A stretch of DNA of 62,686 bases from an uncultured Rhodobacterales bacterium (GTDB lineage: Bacteria; Pseudomonadota; Alphaproteobacteria; Rhodobacterales; CAZPXZ01). The DNA lies in contig CAZPIN010000105.1 of the NCBI GenBank assembly GCA_964586735.1, positions 1 to 62,686 on the forward strand. The letters run 5' to 3'. This document shows, piece by piece, positions 7,477-17,052 of this stretch (position 1 is its first letter; every line of letters starts with the position of its first letter). The notes below the pieces were generated by a model. The model worked only from the letters and a program-made list of their open reading frames with translations, was not told the origin of the DNA and did no database searches. The position numbers were made by a program, and so were the translations under genes.

Positions 7477-10400
7477 ATGAAGTGGCTGCGGACAGCGGGT
7501 CTTCTGCTGGCAGCGGCAGGATTTTGGCCGCATGGCGCATGGGCGCAGACGGAGCCGATTCCCGTTACGCTGGTCGAGAATACGGGTCAAACTGCAGTAA
7601 CGAACGGACCTGGCATTGGCGCAAGGGTTACGGGTGATGGCGCGCTTAATCCGGCAATTGGCTATAATGCCTTGGCACAGCCGTTTACGACGGGAGCGTC
7701 TGCTGGCGGCTATGACATTGAAAGCGTCCGTGTGGTGGTTCAAGGGACGTTGTTTCAAGTCACCATTTTTAAGTCCATTGCCTTTGTGATTGAAATTGCA
7801 GAGGGGAATGCGGCGGGAACCGTGCCGGAAACCGCCGAGGCCAATGTTTTGCACAGGTGGACCTTTGACCTGGAAGCTGCCGACACACCCCTTTTTCCAG
7901 ATACAGAGGTGGATGTAGATGACGACAACCACACAACACCGAAGGGAGAAAATCAAACAGTGCTCGCTCCCAATGAGACTTACTTTCTTATTATTAGGTA
8001 TGATGTAACGGGCACAGGAGTTATGGCAGGTCCAAGATTTGAAGCCACCGCGCAGTCAGTCGTGGACAGTACCAGTTCGAGCGGCTGGAGCATGGGCGAG
8101 TTGAGTGTAGTGAATGTAGTTGAAGGTACAGAAAGCTGGCAAGTGCATATTCCAGAGCGTAGGCTGCATCTCGATATCGAGGGGCACGTGGTCCCGCCAC
8201 CGGAGATCAGCATCAGCGACGCCCCCGCCGTGATGGAAGGCGATTCGGGAATGAGCAATGAACTTGTCTATACAGTTTCCATTGACAAGGCCCCGTTGCA
8301 ACGGACAACGGTCAACTACGCGTCCGTCGCGTACAACACGGCCGGACCCACCACTTCGATGGCTGGCGAGGACTTTGTGGCGGCCGATGCAACTGGCATG
8401 CTGACCTGGGAAGCCGGGGATGACACCGATAGGGAGATCAGGGTGCGGGTTATCGGCGATACGCTGCACGAATTAGACATTAATACGTTAGACAGATCGC
8501 AGGACGTAGCTATTATGCTGTCTGCACCGACTGGAGGCGCCACGCTGGCCGCGGGTGGAGACACGGCCTCAGGCACAATCACCGATGACGACGGCAAACC
8601 GCGTGTTTCTGTAAGCGTGGGATCTGCCGCAGAAGGCGACTCGGGTGATGATACCAGAACCCTGGACGCTACGTTTACATGGACAGGAGATACGGATGAA
8701 AGTGAATTTGTGCGTGTTTCATATAATGTGATGACCTTGCCGGGGCTGGCTGGAGAACCCGCCAATCAATCTGTCGCAGTCGAAAACACTGACTATACCA
8801 CTGCAGGCATACAGGACTTGGACGAGTTTCTCGATGGCTTTGTGCAATTTAGTTCTGGCGAACGAGCCAGGACGATTTCATTTCCGATTGTAATGGACAA
8901 TATCGCCGAACCGGACAAGTATCTTGGCGTTGTCTTGACGCAAAATTTCTATGCGGACATATCTGGCAGCGCGGCGACAGACGAAGATCAAGTGGAATAT
9001 TACTTCTATGGCACCCTGACGGACGACGATCGAGGTATATCCATTGACTCGCCGGGAGTGGATGAAGCAGATTCGGGATCCAACATCACCCTGACCTACA
9101 CCGTGTCGCTGGACGGAGAATGGCCGCAGGAGGTTGCCGTGGACTACTCGGTGGCGGCGGAGAGCACGGCTACCTCCGGCACCGACTATGTTGCCCTGGC
9201 AGATGGAACGCTGACGTTTCCGGCAAACAGCAGTACAGCGCAGACGATCACGGTTACGGTTACTGGCGATGACGAGTTCGAGGAAGACGAGACGATTGTT
9301 GTAAGGCTGGCCAACGCGCGGTGCACGACATCCTGCGGAGTCAATCTTGCGCCCACCATCACTACGGCGGATGGCGAGGGCACCATACGCGACAACGACG
9401 ATCCAAGAATATCCATCAGTAACGCCGCAGCTGTGGATGAGGGCGATTCGGGCATGAGCGCCGAACTTGTCTATACGGTGTCCATCTCCGCTGCTCCGAT
9501 GGAGCAGGTAACGGTCAACTACGCGCCCGTCGCGTACAATTCAGCTGGTCCCACCACGGCGACATCTGGCGAGGATTTTGTGGCGGCCGATGCGATGGGC
9601 ACACTGACTTGGGAAGCAGGGGATGACAGTGACAGGGAAATCAGGGTAAGGATTATCGGCGATACGCTGCTGGAGAGAAATTCAGTCACAAGAGACAGGT
9701 CGCAGGATGTGGCCATCATGCTGTCTTCGCCGACTGGCGGCACCACGCTGGCCGCGGGTGGAGACACGGCTACGGGAACAATCACTGATGACGATGACAA
9801 TCTGCAGGTTACGGCACGCGTGGCAAGTGCTGCTGAAGGAGACTCGATCGATACTGCCAGAACCCTGGATGTTGTAATTGCAAAGACAGGAGACACAGAC
9901 GAAAGCTTTAGTTCTTTGGCAGTCGGATATGTTGTTTTATACAGAACGGGGCAGGCTGGAGAGCCCTCCAATTTGGCCATCGCTAGAAATGGCATCGACT
10001 ACACCACTGTAGGCATATCGAATATAAACATGGACCTCGAGGGTATTGTGCAGTTTGGTCCCACCGAGTACGAGCAAACGCTTTCGTTTCCGATTGTAAT
10101 GGACAATATCGCCGAGCCAGACAGGTATCTTGGCATTAGCTTGCAAAGTGGCACCGGCTTCGATCTAACTGGCGGGGCGGGGAATCAATTTGAACAAAAC
10201 TTCTACGGCACCCTGACGGACGACGACCGAGGCATATCCATCGACTCGCCGGGAGTGGATGAGGTCGATACGGGGGCCGACAGTACCCTGACCTACACCG
10301 TTTCGCTTGACGGGGAATGGCCACAGGAGGTTGCCGTGGACTATTCGGTGACGGCGGAAAGCACGGCTACCTCCGGTGCCGACTATGTTGCTTTGGTGGA

Positions 10401-13400
10401 TGGAACGCTGAGGTTTCCAGCAAACAACAGCGCAGCACGGACGATTACGGTAACGGTTACTGGCGATGACGCGTTTGAGGAAGACGAGACGATCATCGTA
10501 AGGCTCGCCAACGCGCGGTGCACGACATCCTGCGGAGCTAATCTCGCGCCATCCATTACTACAGCGGATGGTACGGGGACTATTCGCAATAATGACAGTC
10601 CCAGGATATCCATCAGTGACGCTCCCGCCGTGGACGAGGGCGACTCGGGAATGAGCGCTGAACTTGTCTATACCGTGTCCATCGACGCTGCTCCGCTACA
10701 GCGGGTAACGGTCAACTACGCGCCCGTCGCGTATGCTCGACTCGGGGACACCACGGCCATGGCAGGCGAGGATTTTGTGGCGGCCGATGCGATGGGCACG
10801 TTGACTTGGGAGGCAGGGGATGACACTGACAGGGAGATCAGGGTAAGGATTATCGGCGATACGCTGTACGAGGTAGATAACAATACTCTATCCGCGTCAC
10901 AGGACGTGGCCATCATGTTGTCTTCGCCAACAGGCGGCGCCATGCTGGCCGCGGGTGGAGACACGGCTTCTGGTACAATCACAGATGACGACAGCTTTCC
11001 GCAGATTACTGCCCGCGTGGGGTCCGCCACAGAGGGTGACTCGAGCGATGCGGCGGGAACCTTGGATGTTGTGGTTTCAAGGACAGGAGATACCGACGAA
11101 AGTACCAGCGTTAGCGCCTCATATTTTATCATAAGCGCATCAGGACTGGCTGGAGAGCCTGCAAATCTGGCCGTTGCAGCGCTGGACGCCGACTACACCA
11201 GAACGGGCATTGCTGGTCTAGATGAGTTTCTTGAGGGTAGTATTGGATTTGGCCCCACCGAATATGCGAGAACGCTTTCGTTTCCGATTATACGTGACAA
11301 TGTCGCCGAACCAGACAAGTACTTGGGAATAGCTCTGCTCAATGCTTCAGAAATTGAAATTACTGGTGGTACGCCAGACGATCCAGTTTTGCGAGGCGAA
11401 GTCTACTTCTATGGCACCCTGACGGACGATGATCGAGGCATATCCATCGATTCACCGGAAGTCACGGAGGCCAACACCGGAGCCGACAGCACCCTGACCT
11501 ACACCGTATCGCTGGACGGTGAATGGCCGCAGGAGGTTGCTGTGGACTACTCGGTGGTAACGGCGGACAGTACAGCGGCCTCCGGTACCGACTACGTGGC
11601 TCTGGCCGATGGTACACTGACGTTTCCGATGGGCAGCGCCACTCCGATGACCATTCCCGTGACGGTCACCGGCGACGACGCGTCCGAGGGTGACGAGACG
11701 ATTGTCGTAAGGCTCGCCAATGCACGCTGCACGACGCCCTGCGGAGACAACCTGGCGCCCACCATCACGACGGCGGATGGCGAAGGCACCATACGAGACA
11801 ACGATATCCCCAGAGTGTCCATCAGCTCGCCGGCTGCCGTGACCGAGGGGGACACGACGACCGTTGCGATGAGGTTCAGCGTCAGGCCAAGCGCGGCCCC
11901 GGATGCGCAGGAAACCGTCATTTGGACGGTCTCCAGCACAAGCACGGCCACGGCCGCCGCCGACTACACCATTGCGGGCGCCAGCGGTACGCCGCTGAGC
12001 GGCCAGCTGACGTTTCCCGCTAACCAAATCACGGCGCAGACGGTCACGGTTACGGTCAACGGCGACCTGCTCCACGAAGGGGACGAAACCATCGTCATTG
12101 ATCTTTCATCGCCGAGCGCGGGACTCATACTGGATACGGCGGCGCAGACGGGGACAGGCACGATCACGGACAACGACCCAGCCCCCGTGCTGTCCATCGG
12201 CAATGCGACGGTGGCCGAGGGCGACACCGGCACCGCGACCCTGCGCTACACCGTAGAGAAGGCGGGACAGACCGCGCTGCCTGCAAGCGTCAGCTACAGC
12301 GTGACGGATGGTACGGCGACGTCTGGCACCGACTTCACGGCGCCCACTGGCACCTCGCTGGAGTTCGCTCCCGCCGAAACGCAGAAAATGATCGAAATCC
12401 AGGTAACCGGAGACAACCTGGCCGAAGGCAACGAAACGGTCGAGATCACCCTTGCCAGCCCCAGCGACGCAACCATCGCAAGCGGCATGGCCGTCGGCAC
12501 GGGTACCATCACCGATGACGACCCCCTGGAGTTCTCGATTGATTCCACGCAGGTGGCGGAAGGCGCTGCCGGGGAATCACCCACGATGACGCTGACCATT
12601 TCGCTGGCGTCGGACCACGCCTACACCCTGACGGTGCCCTACACCGTCGAGGGCAGCGCGACTTCCGGTACGGACTATCAGGCGATTCCCGCCGGTCCGC
12701 TTGTGTTCGCTTCGGGCGAAAGGTCAAAGACGGTCACGGTTACCGTCACGGGCGACGACGATTCGGAGCCTAGCGAGACGGTTGAGATCGTCTTGGGCAC
12801 GCCATCCTGCACGGGCTGCCCCACGGGACTGGGGCCAAGCATCGCGATGGGCATGGCCAGAGGTGTCGGCACCATTGCCAATGACGATTCGCCGCTGCTG
12901 TCCATCGACTCGCCAAGCGTAACCGAGGGCGATGCTGGCGTCGTGGACCTGACCTTTACGGTGACGCTGACTCCAGCAGCGGACGATCAGACAGTAACCG
13001 TCAGCTACGGAGTTACGGGCGGCACAGCGACGGCAGGGGACGACTACACGGCCCCGACTGGCAGCACGCTGACCTTCCAGCCCACCGTTACTACGCAGAC
13101 CTTTACCATCAGCGTTGCTGGCGACGAAATCTACGAAGGCGACGAAACGGTCATCGTCGCGCTGTCGAACCAAACGGAGGGCATCGAGCTGGCGACGGCC
13201 CCCGGTACCGGCACGATCACTGACGACGACCCTATGCCCGTGTTCGCCATCGATTCGCCGAGCGTCAGCGAGGGCGACACGGGTACGACGGACCTGACGT
13301 TTACAGTCACCAAGACGGGGGCTACGGCGCTGCCCGCGACGGTCAGCTTCGCCGTGGCGGACGGTACGGCAACCGTCGCCGACAGCGACTACACCGCCCC

Positions 13401-16400
13401 ATCCGACACGTCGCTGGATTTCGCCCCGGCTGACACCACGTTGACGGTTACGGTTTCAGTTACAGGCGACAGCCGCGGCGAGGAGGACGAGACCCTTACC
13501 GTCACTCTCTCCAACGCTACCGGTGCCACCATCGGTACGGCGGTGGGTACTGGCACCATCCTCGACGACGACCCCCTGACGCTCTCCATCGATTCGCCAA
13601 GCGTGCTGGAAGGCGATTCCGGCACCGCGATCCTGACCTTCGAGGTAACGCTGGCATCTCCGCCATCCTCCCAGGTTACCGTCGCATACAGCGTATCGGA
13701 CGGCACGGCGACAGTCGCCGACGGTGACTATGTCGCGCCGCCCGACGGCACGCTGACGTTTCCAGTGGGCAGCATGGTCGCGCAGACATTTGCGGTAACG
13801 GTCAACGGTGACACCAACGCCGAACCCCACGAGACGGTGACCGTGACGCTGTCCAGCCCCACGGGCGGGGCGGGGTTTGCTGGGGACGGCGCCACGCTGA
13901 TGGGCACCGGTACTATCGTATCCGACGATCTTCCCCTGATCGCCGTCAGCTCGCCAAGCGTGCTGGAAGGACGCTCGGGTACGGCGACTCTCGATTTTGT
14001 CGTGACGATAAGCCAGACTTGGCAGGACGACGTTACGGTCGCCTATGAAGTATCGGACGGTACGGCCACGGCTGCCGACGGAGACTACAGTGCGCCGGCT
14101 TCCGCCACCCTGACCTTTGCGGCCAACACCGCAACGCTCGAGCAGACCATCACGGTCACGGTGAATGGCGACAACGTCTCCGAAGGGGACGAGACCGTGA
14201 CGGTGACGCTGTCCAGTCCTGTCAACGCGATCTTCGACGGCGGCAGTCCCACGCTCGTGGGGACCGGTACGATACTCTCGGACGACCGGAGACTGACCAT
14301 CAGCTCCTCATCCGAGGTGCGGGAAGGAGAGCCTGGAGGCGCACCTGCGTATCTTGAGTATACGGTGGCGCTGACCCCGGCGGCTGGCGGTAGCACGGTC
14401 GAAGTCGGCTACCGGATTACGGACGCCAGCACCGCTACCGTCGAGGCTGACTACTCGGCGCCGTCTCCCGAAAGCCCGCTGGTCTTCATGACGGGCGAAA
14501 CCTCCAAAACCATCAGGGTCGCGGTCAACGGCGACTACATCGAGGAGGCAAGGGAGTTTGTCGAGATCATGCTTGTACCGGCCGAGGGTGCCGTCTCTGC
14601 AGCGGGCGCCGTGATCGAGACGGAGCGCGCCAGAGGCTTCATCCTGCCAAGAAAACCCTCTGGCAGCTCCGTACTGTCGGTGCGCCCGGGACGGGTATCG
14701 ACGGGCGATGACGGGGCCGAGCCGGCGCTGGGTCTTTCGTTTGAGATGGATCCGCCGCGGACGTATCCCGTGACGGTCCAGTATCAGGTGCGGCTCCAAG
14801 GCGATGGACCGGGTACTGCCCTTGCGAGAGACGTCGGATTAGGGGCCGTTCTTGCGGGGGACGCCGGATCCCGGGTGCTGGGCGTCACCGCTACAGTTGA
14901 TCTTGCCGCCAGTCAGGGGACGGCGGAGATCGACCATCGTCTTGGGGCGGCGTTCGATGCAGGCAGCGCCCGAAATCTGGAAGTGCTGGTCGAGCAGGTG
15001 CTGGTCGCGTCCAGCGGCGATCCCGATCCCAACGTCAACATCTCCGGTACGCAGGTAGCGGTACGGGGAGGCGGCGCGGTCACCAGAGTCGGCGGCGCAG
15101 ATGCCGCGCGGCTTGCAAGAGGCCTGGGCTACGTGCTGGCCGGCGCCGGGCGGTCGTTTGCCACCGGACTCGTTGACGCGCTCTGGGAGCGGGCGGCAGC
15201 CCACAGGTCGGGGAGCGGCGAGTCGCTTGCCGTGCTGGGCGGCCGCGCCATCGATACAGCCGCCTTCGCGCCGGGTACGGATGCCAGCCGGGCGGCGCGG
15301 GAGGTAGCCGGGCTGTTTGGAGTCGAGGCGGTAGCGCCCTCGGCTCAGTACGAATCCCTCTACGGAAGCGCCTACGGCGACGGTCTTGAAAACTGGCAAG
15401 GAGCGGTCGCATACGCGGACTCCTACTACGACGGCTCCTATGGAGACGGCATCGGGTCGTACCGCGAGTGGGCTGGCCTGCCAGACTCGGGCGACGCGGT
15501 GCGGCGCAGCCGTTTCGCACTGTCCTTTGGCGGGAGCGCCGTCGGATCCATCACCGCTTGGGGAAGGGGCGACATCCGCTCCTACGAGAGCGATTTGGCG
15601 GATTCGGGATTTTCGTCCGAGGGGGATACGGTCGCATGGCTTTTCGGAGTCGACTACAGGTACCAGAAGGACATCGTCGTAGGGGTGGCGGTCAGTCGGC
15701 TTTCGGGCGAGACCGACTACGTATTTGACGAAAATGAAGGCGAAGGCGCGGTGGAAACCGGTCTGACCAGCTTTGCGCCATGGGTGCATTGGACTGGCTC
15801 CGCCGGATACGAGGCCTGGGGCAGCATAGGAGTCGGGTCGGGCACGGCGACGGTCGACGAGGGCGACAGGGCAGCGGAGACCGATGTCACTTCGCGCATC
15901 CTGGCGGCTGGCGTACGGGGAAGGGAGATGTCCTTTGGACAGGCCATTGTGGCGGCAAAGGCCGACGCGTATCGGGCAACCCTGACATCGTCTGCGGCGG
16001 GTGGCGGCCTTCAGGTGGCGGATGCGGACGGCAACTCGTCACGTGTGCGGCTGGCAGTGGAGGCGTCGCGCAACAGCAGCCTGGACAGCGGCGTACAGCT
16101 TGCCGCTGGACTGGACATAGGAGCGCGGTTTGACGGCGGCGCGGCGGAGAGCGGCATGGGGGCGGATGTTGCCCTCGACCTCCGCTACGCCCATCCAGCC
16201 AACGGCATCGAGGTGACGTGGCGCAGCAGCTGGCTGCTGTTTCATGGCCAGGACGGGTACAAGGAGTCGGCCTTCAGCCTCGGTATCGCCTTTGATCCGG
16301 GGATTTCCGGGCTGGGTTTCCACATGAGTCTGAAGCCGTCGTGGAACGCCGCCCATCTGGGCGGCGGGTCGCTGTGGGACTCGGGGCCAACTGCTGATGT

Positions 16401-16662
16401 ACTGGATCGGGACGGTGATGGCACAGCCTACCGGGCGCGGCTTGGCTACGGTCTGGAGGCGCTGCGGGGGCGGGCTCTGGCGACCGCGTACGGCGAAGTC
16501 GATGACGGCGGCGAAGAAGTACGCATGCGGCTGGGTGCGGACCTGCGCAACGCCGATACTGGCATTGGCGCGGTACGGCTGGGGCTGTACGGGGAGCGCG
16601 AGAACAGCGGAGCGCCGGACGAGGACGATACGATCATGCTAGAAGGGCGGGTCGGTTTCTGA
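7477..16662 (+). CDS. Giant Calx-beta-repeat autotransporter-like outer-membrane protein (paralog 2, ~3061 aa from ATG 7477)
   Basis: The ORF track gives 7228..16662. I place the start at ATG 7477 (SD AAGGAGGG, 7465-7472). The product then begins MKWLRTAGLLLAAAGFWPHGAWA/Q, collinear with paralog 1. An in-frame ATG at 7438 with its own SD (GAGGAG, 7424-7429) would read through the C10 tract (MLKASPPPTKEGV-MKWL). About 17 Calx-beta modules, including a 3 x ~1.2-kb super-repeat. The barrel (nt ~15508-16659) ends LEGRVGF. Long strings match paralog 1, e.g. VPYTVEGSATSGTDYQAIPAGPLVFASGER. Confidence 0.88.
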   Translation: MKWLRTAGLLLAAAGFWPHGAWAQTEPIPVTLVENTGQTAVTNGPGIGARVTGDGALNPAIGYNALAQPFTTGASAGGYDIESVRVVVQGTLFQVTIFKSIAFVIEIAEGNAAGTVPETAEANVLHRWTFDLEAADTPLFPDTEVDVDDDNHTTPKGENQTVLAPNETYFLIIRYDVTGTGVMAGPRFEATAQSVVDSTSSSGWSMGELSVVNVVEGTESWQVHIPERRLHLDIEGHVVPPPEISISDAPAVMEGDSGMSNELVYTVSIDKAPLQRTTVNYASVAYNTAGPTTSMAGEDFVAADATGMLTWEAGDDTDREIRVRVIGDTLHELDINTLDRSQDVAIMLSAPTGGATLAAGGDTASGTITDDDGKPRVSVSVGSAAEGDSGDDTRTLDATFTWTGDTDESEFVRVSYNVMTLPGLAGEPANQSVAVENTDYTTAGIQDLDEFLDGFVQFSSGERARTISFPIVMDNIAEPDKYLGVVLTQNFYADISGSAATDEDQVEYYFYGTLTDDDRGISIDSPGVDEADSGSNITLTYTVSLDGEWPQEVAVDYSVAAESTATSGTDYVALADGTLTFPANSSTAQTITVTVTGDDEFEEDETIVVRLANARCTTSCGVNLAPTITTADGEGTIRDNDDPRISISNAAAVDEGDSGMSAELVYTVSISAAPMEQVTVNYAPVAYNSAGPTTATSGEDFVAADAMGTLTWEAGDDSDREIRVRIIGDTLLERNSVTRDRSQDVAIMLSSPTGGTTLAAGGDTATGTITDDDDNLQVTARVASAAEGDSIDTARTLDVVIAKTGDTDESFSSLAVGYVVLYRTGQAGEPSNLAIARNGIDYTTVGISNINMDLEGIVQFGPTEYEQTLSFPIVMDNIAEPDRYLGISLQSGTGFDLTGGAGNQFEQNFYGTLTDDDRGISIDSPGVDEVDTGADSTLTYTVSLDGEWPQEVAVDYSVTAESTATSGADYVALVDGTLRFPANNSAARTITVTVTGDDAFEEDETIIVRLANARCTTSCGANLAPSITTADGTGTIRNNDSPRISISDAPAVDEGDSGMSAELVYTVSIDAAPLQRVTVNYAPVAYARLGDTTAMAGEDFVAADAMGTLTWEAGDDTDREIRVRIIGDTLYEVDNNTLSASQDVAIMLSSPTGGAMLAAGGDTASGTITDDDSFPQITARVGSATEGDSSDAAGTLDVVVSRTGDTDESTSVSASYFIISASGLAGEPANLAVAALDADYTRTGIAGLDEFLEGSIGFGPTEYARTLSFPIIRDNVAEPDKYLGIALLNASEIEITGGTPDDPVLRGEVYFYGTLTDDDRGISIDSPEVTEANTGADSTLTYTVSLDGEWPQEVAVDYSVVTADSTAASGTDYVALADGTLTFPMGSATPMTIPVTVTGDDASEGDETIVVRLANARCTTPCGDNLAPTITTADGEGTIRDNDIPRVSISSPAAVTEGDTTTVAMRFSVRPSAAPDAQETVIWTVSSTSTATAAADYTIAGASGTPLSGQLTFPANQITAQTVTVTVNGDLLHEGDETIVIDLSSPSAGLILDTAAQTGTGTITDNDPAPVLSIGNATVAEGDTGTATLRYTVEKAGQTALPASVSYSVTDGTATSGTDFTAPTGTSLEFAPAETQKMIEIQVTGDNLAEGNETVEITLASPSDATIASGMAVGTGTITDDDPLEFSIDSTQVAEGAAGESPTMTLTISLASDHAYTLTVPYTVEGSATSGTDYQAIPAGPLVFASGERSKTVTVTVTGDDDSEPSETVEIVLGTPSCTGCPTGLGPSIAMGMARGVGTIANDDSPLLSIDSPSVTEGDAGVVDLTFTVTLTPAADDQTVTVSYGVTGGTATAGDDYTAPTGSTLTFQPTVTTQTFTISVAGDEIYEGDETVIVALSNQTEGIELATAPGTGTITDDDPMPVFAIDSPSVSEGDTGTTDLTFTVTKTGATALPATVSFAVADGTATVADSDYTAPSDTSLDFAPADTTLTVTVSVTGDSRGEEDETLTVTLSNATGATIGTAVGTGTILDDDPLTLSIDSPSVLEGDSGTAILTFEVTLASPPSSQVTVAYSVSDGTATVADGDYVAPPDGTLTFPVGSMVAQTFAVTVNGDTNAEPHETVTVTLSSPTGGAGFAGDGATLMGTGTIVSDDLPLIAVSSPSVLEGRSGTATLDFVVTISQTWQDDVTVAYEVSDGTATAADGDYSAPASATLTFAANTATLEQTITVTVNGDNVSEGDETVTVTLSSPVNAIFDGGSPTLVGTGTILSDDRRLTISSSSEVREGEPGGAPAYLEYTVALTPAAGGSTVEVGYRITDASTATVEADYSAPSPESPLVFMTGETSKTIRVAVNGDYIEEAREFVEIMLVPAEGAVSAAGAVIETERARGFILPRKPSGSSVLSVRPGRVSTGDDGAEPALGLSFEMDPPRTYPVTVQYQVRLQGDGPGTALARDVGLGAVLAGDAGSRVLGVTATVDLAASQGTAEIDHRLGAAFDAGSARNLEVLVEQVLVASSGDPDPNVNISGTQVAVRGGGAVTRVGGADAARLARGLGYVLAGAGRSFATGLVDALWERAAAHRSGSGESLAVLGGRAIDTAAFAPGTDASRAAREVAGLFGVEAVAPSAQYESLYGSAYGDGLENWQGAVAYADSYYDGSYGDGIGSYREWAGLPDSGDAVRRSRFALSFGGSAVGSITAWGRGDIRSYESDLADSGFSSEGDTVAWLFGVDYRYQKDIVVGVAVSRLSGETDYVFDENEGEGAVETGLTSFAPWVHWTGSAGYEAWGSIGVGSGTATVDEGDRAAETDVTSRILAAGVRGREMSFGQAIVAAKADAYRATLTSSAAGGGLQVADADGNSSRVRLAVEASRNSSLDSGVQLAAGLDIGARFDGGAAESGMGADVALDLRYAHPANGIEVTWRSSWLLFHGQDGYKESAFSLGIAFDPGISGLGFHMSLKPSWNAAHLGGGSLWDSGPTADVLDRDGDGTAYRARLGYGLEALRGRALATAYGEVDDGGEEVRMRLGADLRNADTGIGAVRLGLYGERENSGAPDEDDTIMLEGRVGF
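8206..11814 (+). repeat. Intragenic tandem super-repeat: 3 copies of a ~1.2-kb unit, each encoding three different Calx-beta modules
   Basis: Unit boundaries fall at the ISIS(D/N)A motif: nt ~8206, ~9409, ~10606, with the next module at ~11815 (periods 1203, 1197, 1209 nt). Each unit runs ISISDAPAVxEGDSGMS...TITDDD, then AAEGDS...NIAEPDKYLG...YGTLTDDD, then RGISIDSPGVDE...ARCTTSCG.NLAP.ITTADG.GTIR.ND. Paralog 1 has one such unit (nt ~789-2000). Confidence 0.9.
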
Positions 16663-17052
16663 GGGACGGGCTGCCTATGCTGGCGGCCGCCTGCACCGAT
16701 GCGAACGCTGTTGAGGGGATACACCGTACGGTGAACCTGGACTCGTAGAGAGAGAGCTAAGCATGACTCCATCGGCGGGGGATGTCCGCCTTCGTTGAGG
16801 AGCGGCCTGCGGGCGAAGCTGGGATGAGCGCTTGACCGGTCGAACTTGTCGATGGCAGATGCTATGATGGTCGAGATGCCCAACCCACGATATCCCAATA
16901 GCTCACGGGATTGCGGTTTCACAGTGATATGGCAGTCATCACTAGACATCCAGAAATTTCGAGGTTGACCACGTGAAGCAAACTGTGCTAGAAGTACCCG
17001 ACAACCAGACTGTCTAGACAGTCTACCCACCACATCTTAGGGAGTGGCGAGA

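Noticed and set aside
8206-11814. The regular repeat periodicity here and in the giant genes could superficially suggest a CRISPR-like or satellite array.
   Set aside because: Repeat units are 0.3-1.2 kb, lie in frame inside long ORFs and encode recognisable protein modules. No short (25-40 nt) direct repeats alternating with unique spacers occur anywhere in the window.
16663-17043. Searched the intergenic regions for tRNA, tmRNA or riboswitch-like sequences. The regions were 16663-17043, 22480-22724, 30394-31186, 41145-41977, 45167-45436, 49331-49595, 52170-52399 and 61025-61364.
   Set aside because: By eye I found no T-loop-like GTTCGAATC/GTTCAAATC cores, no cloverleaf-compatible stems and no conserved riboswitch cores. 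A covariance-model scan (tRNAscan-SE, Infernal/Rfam) would be needed to be sure.
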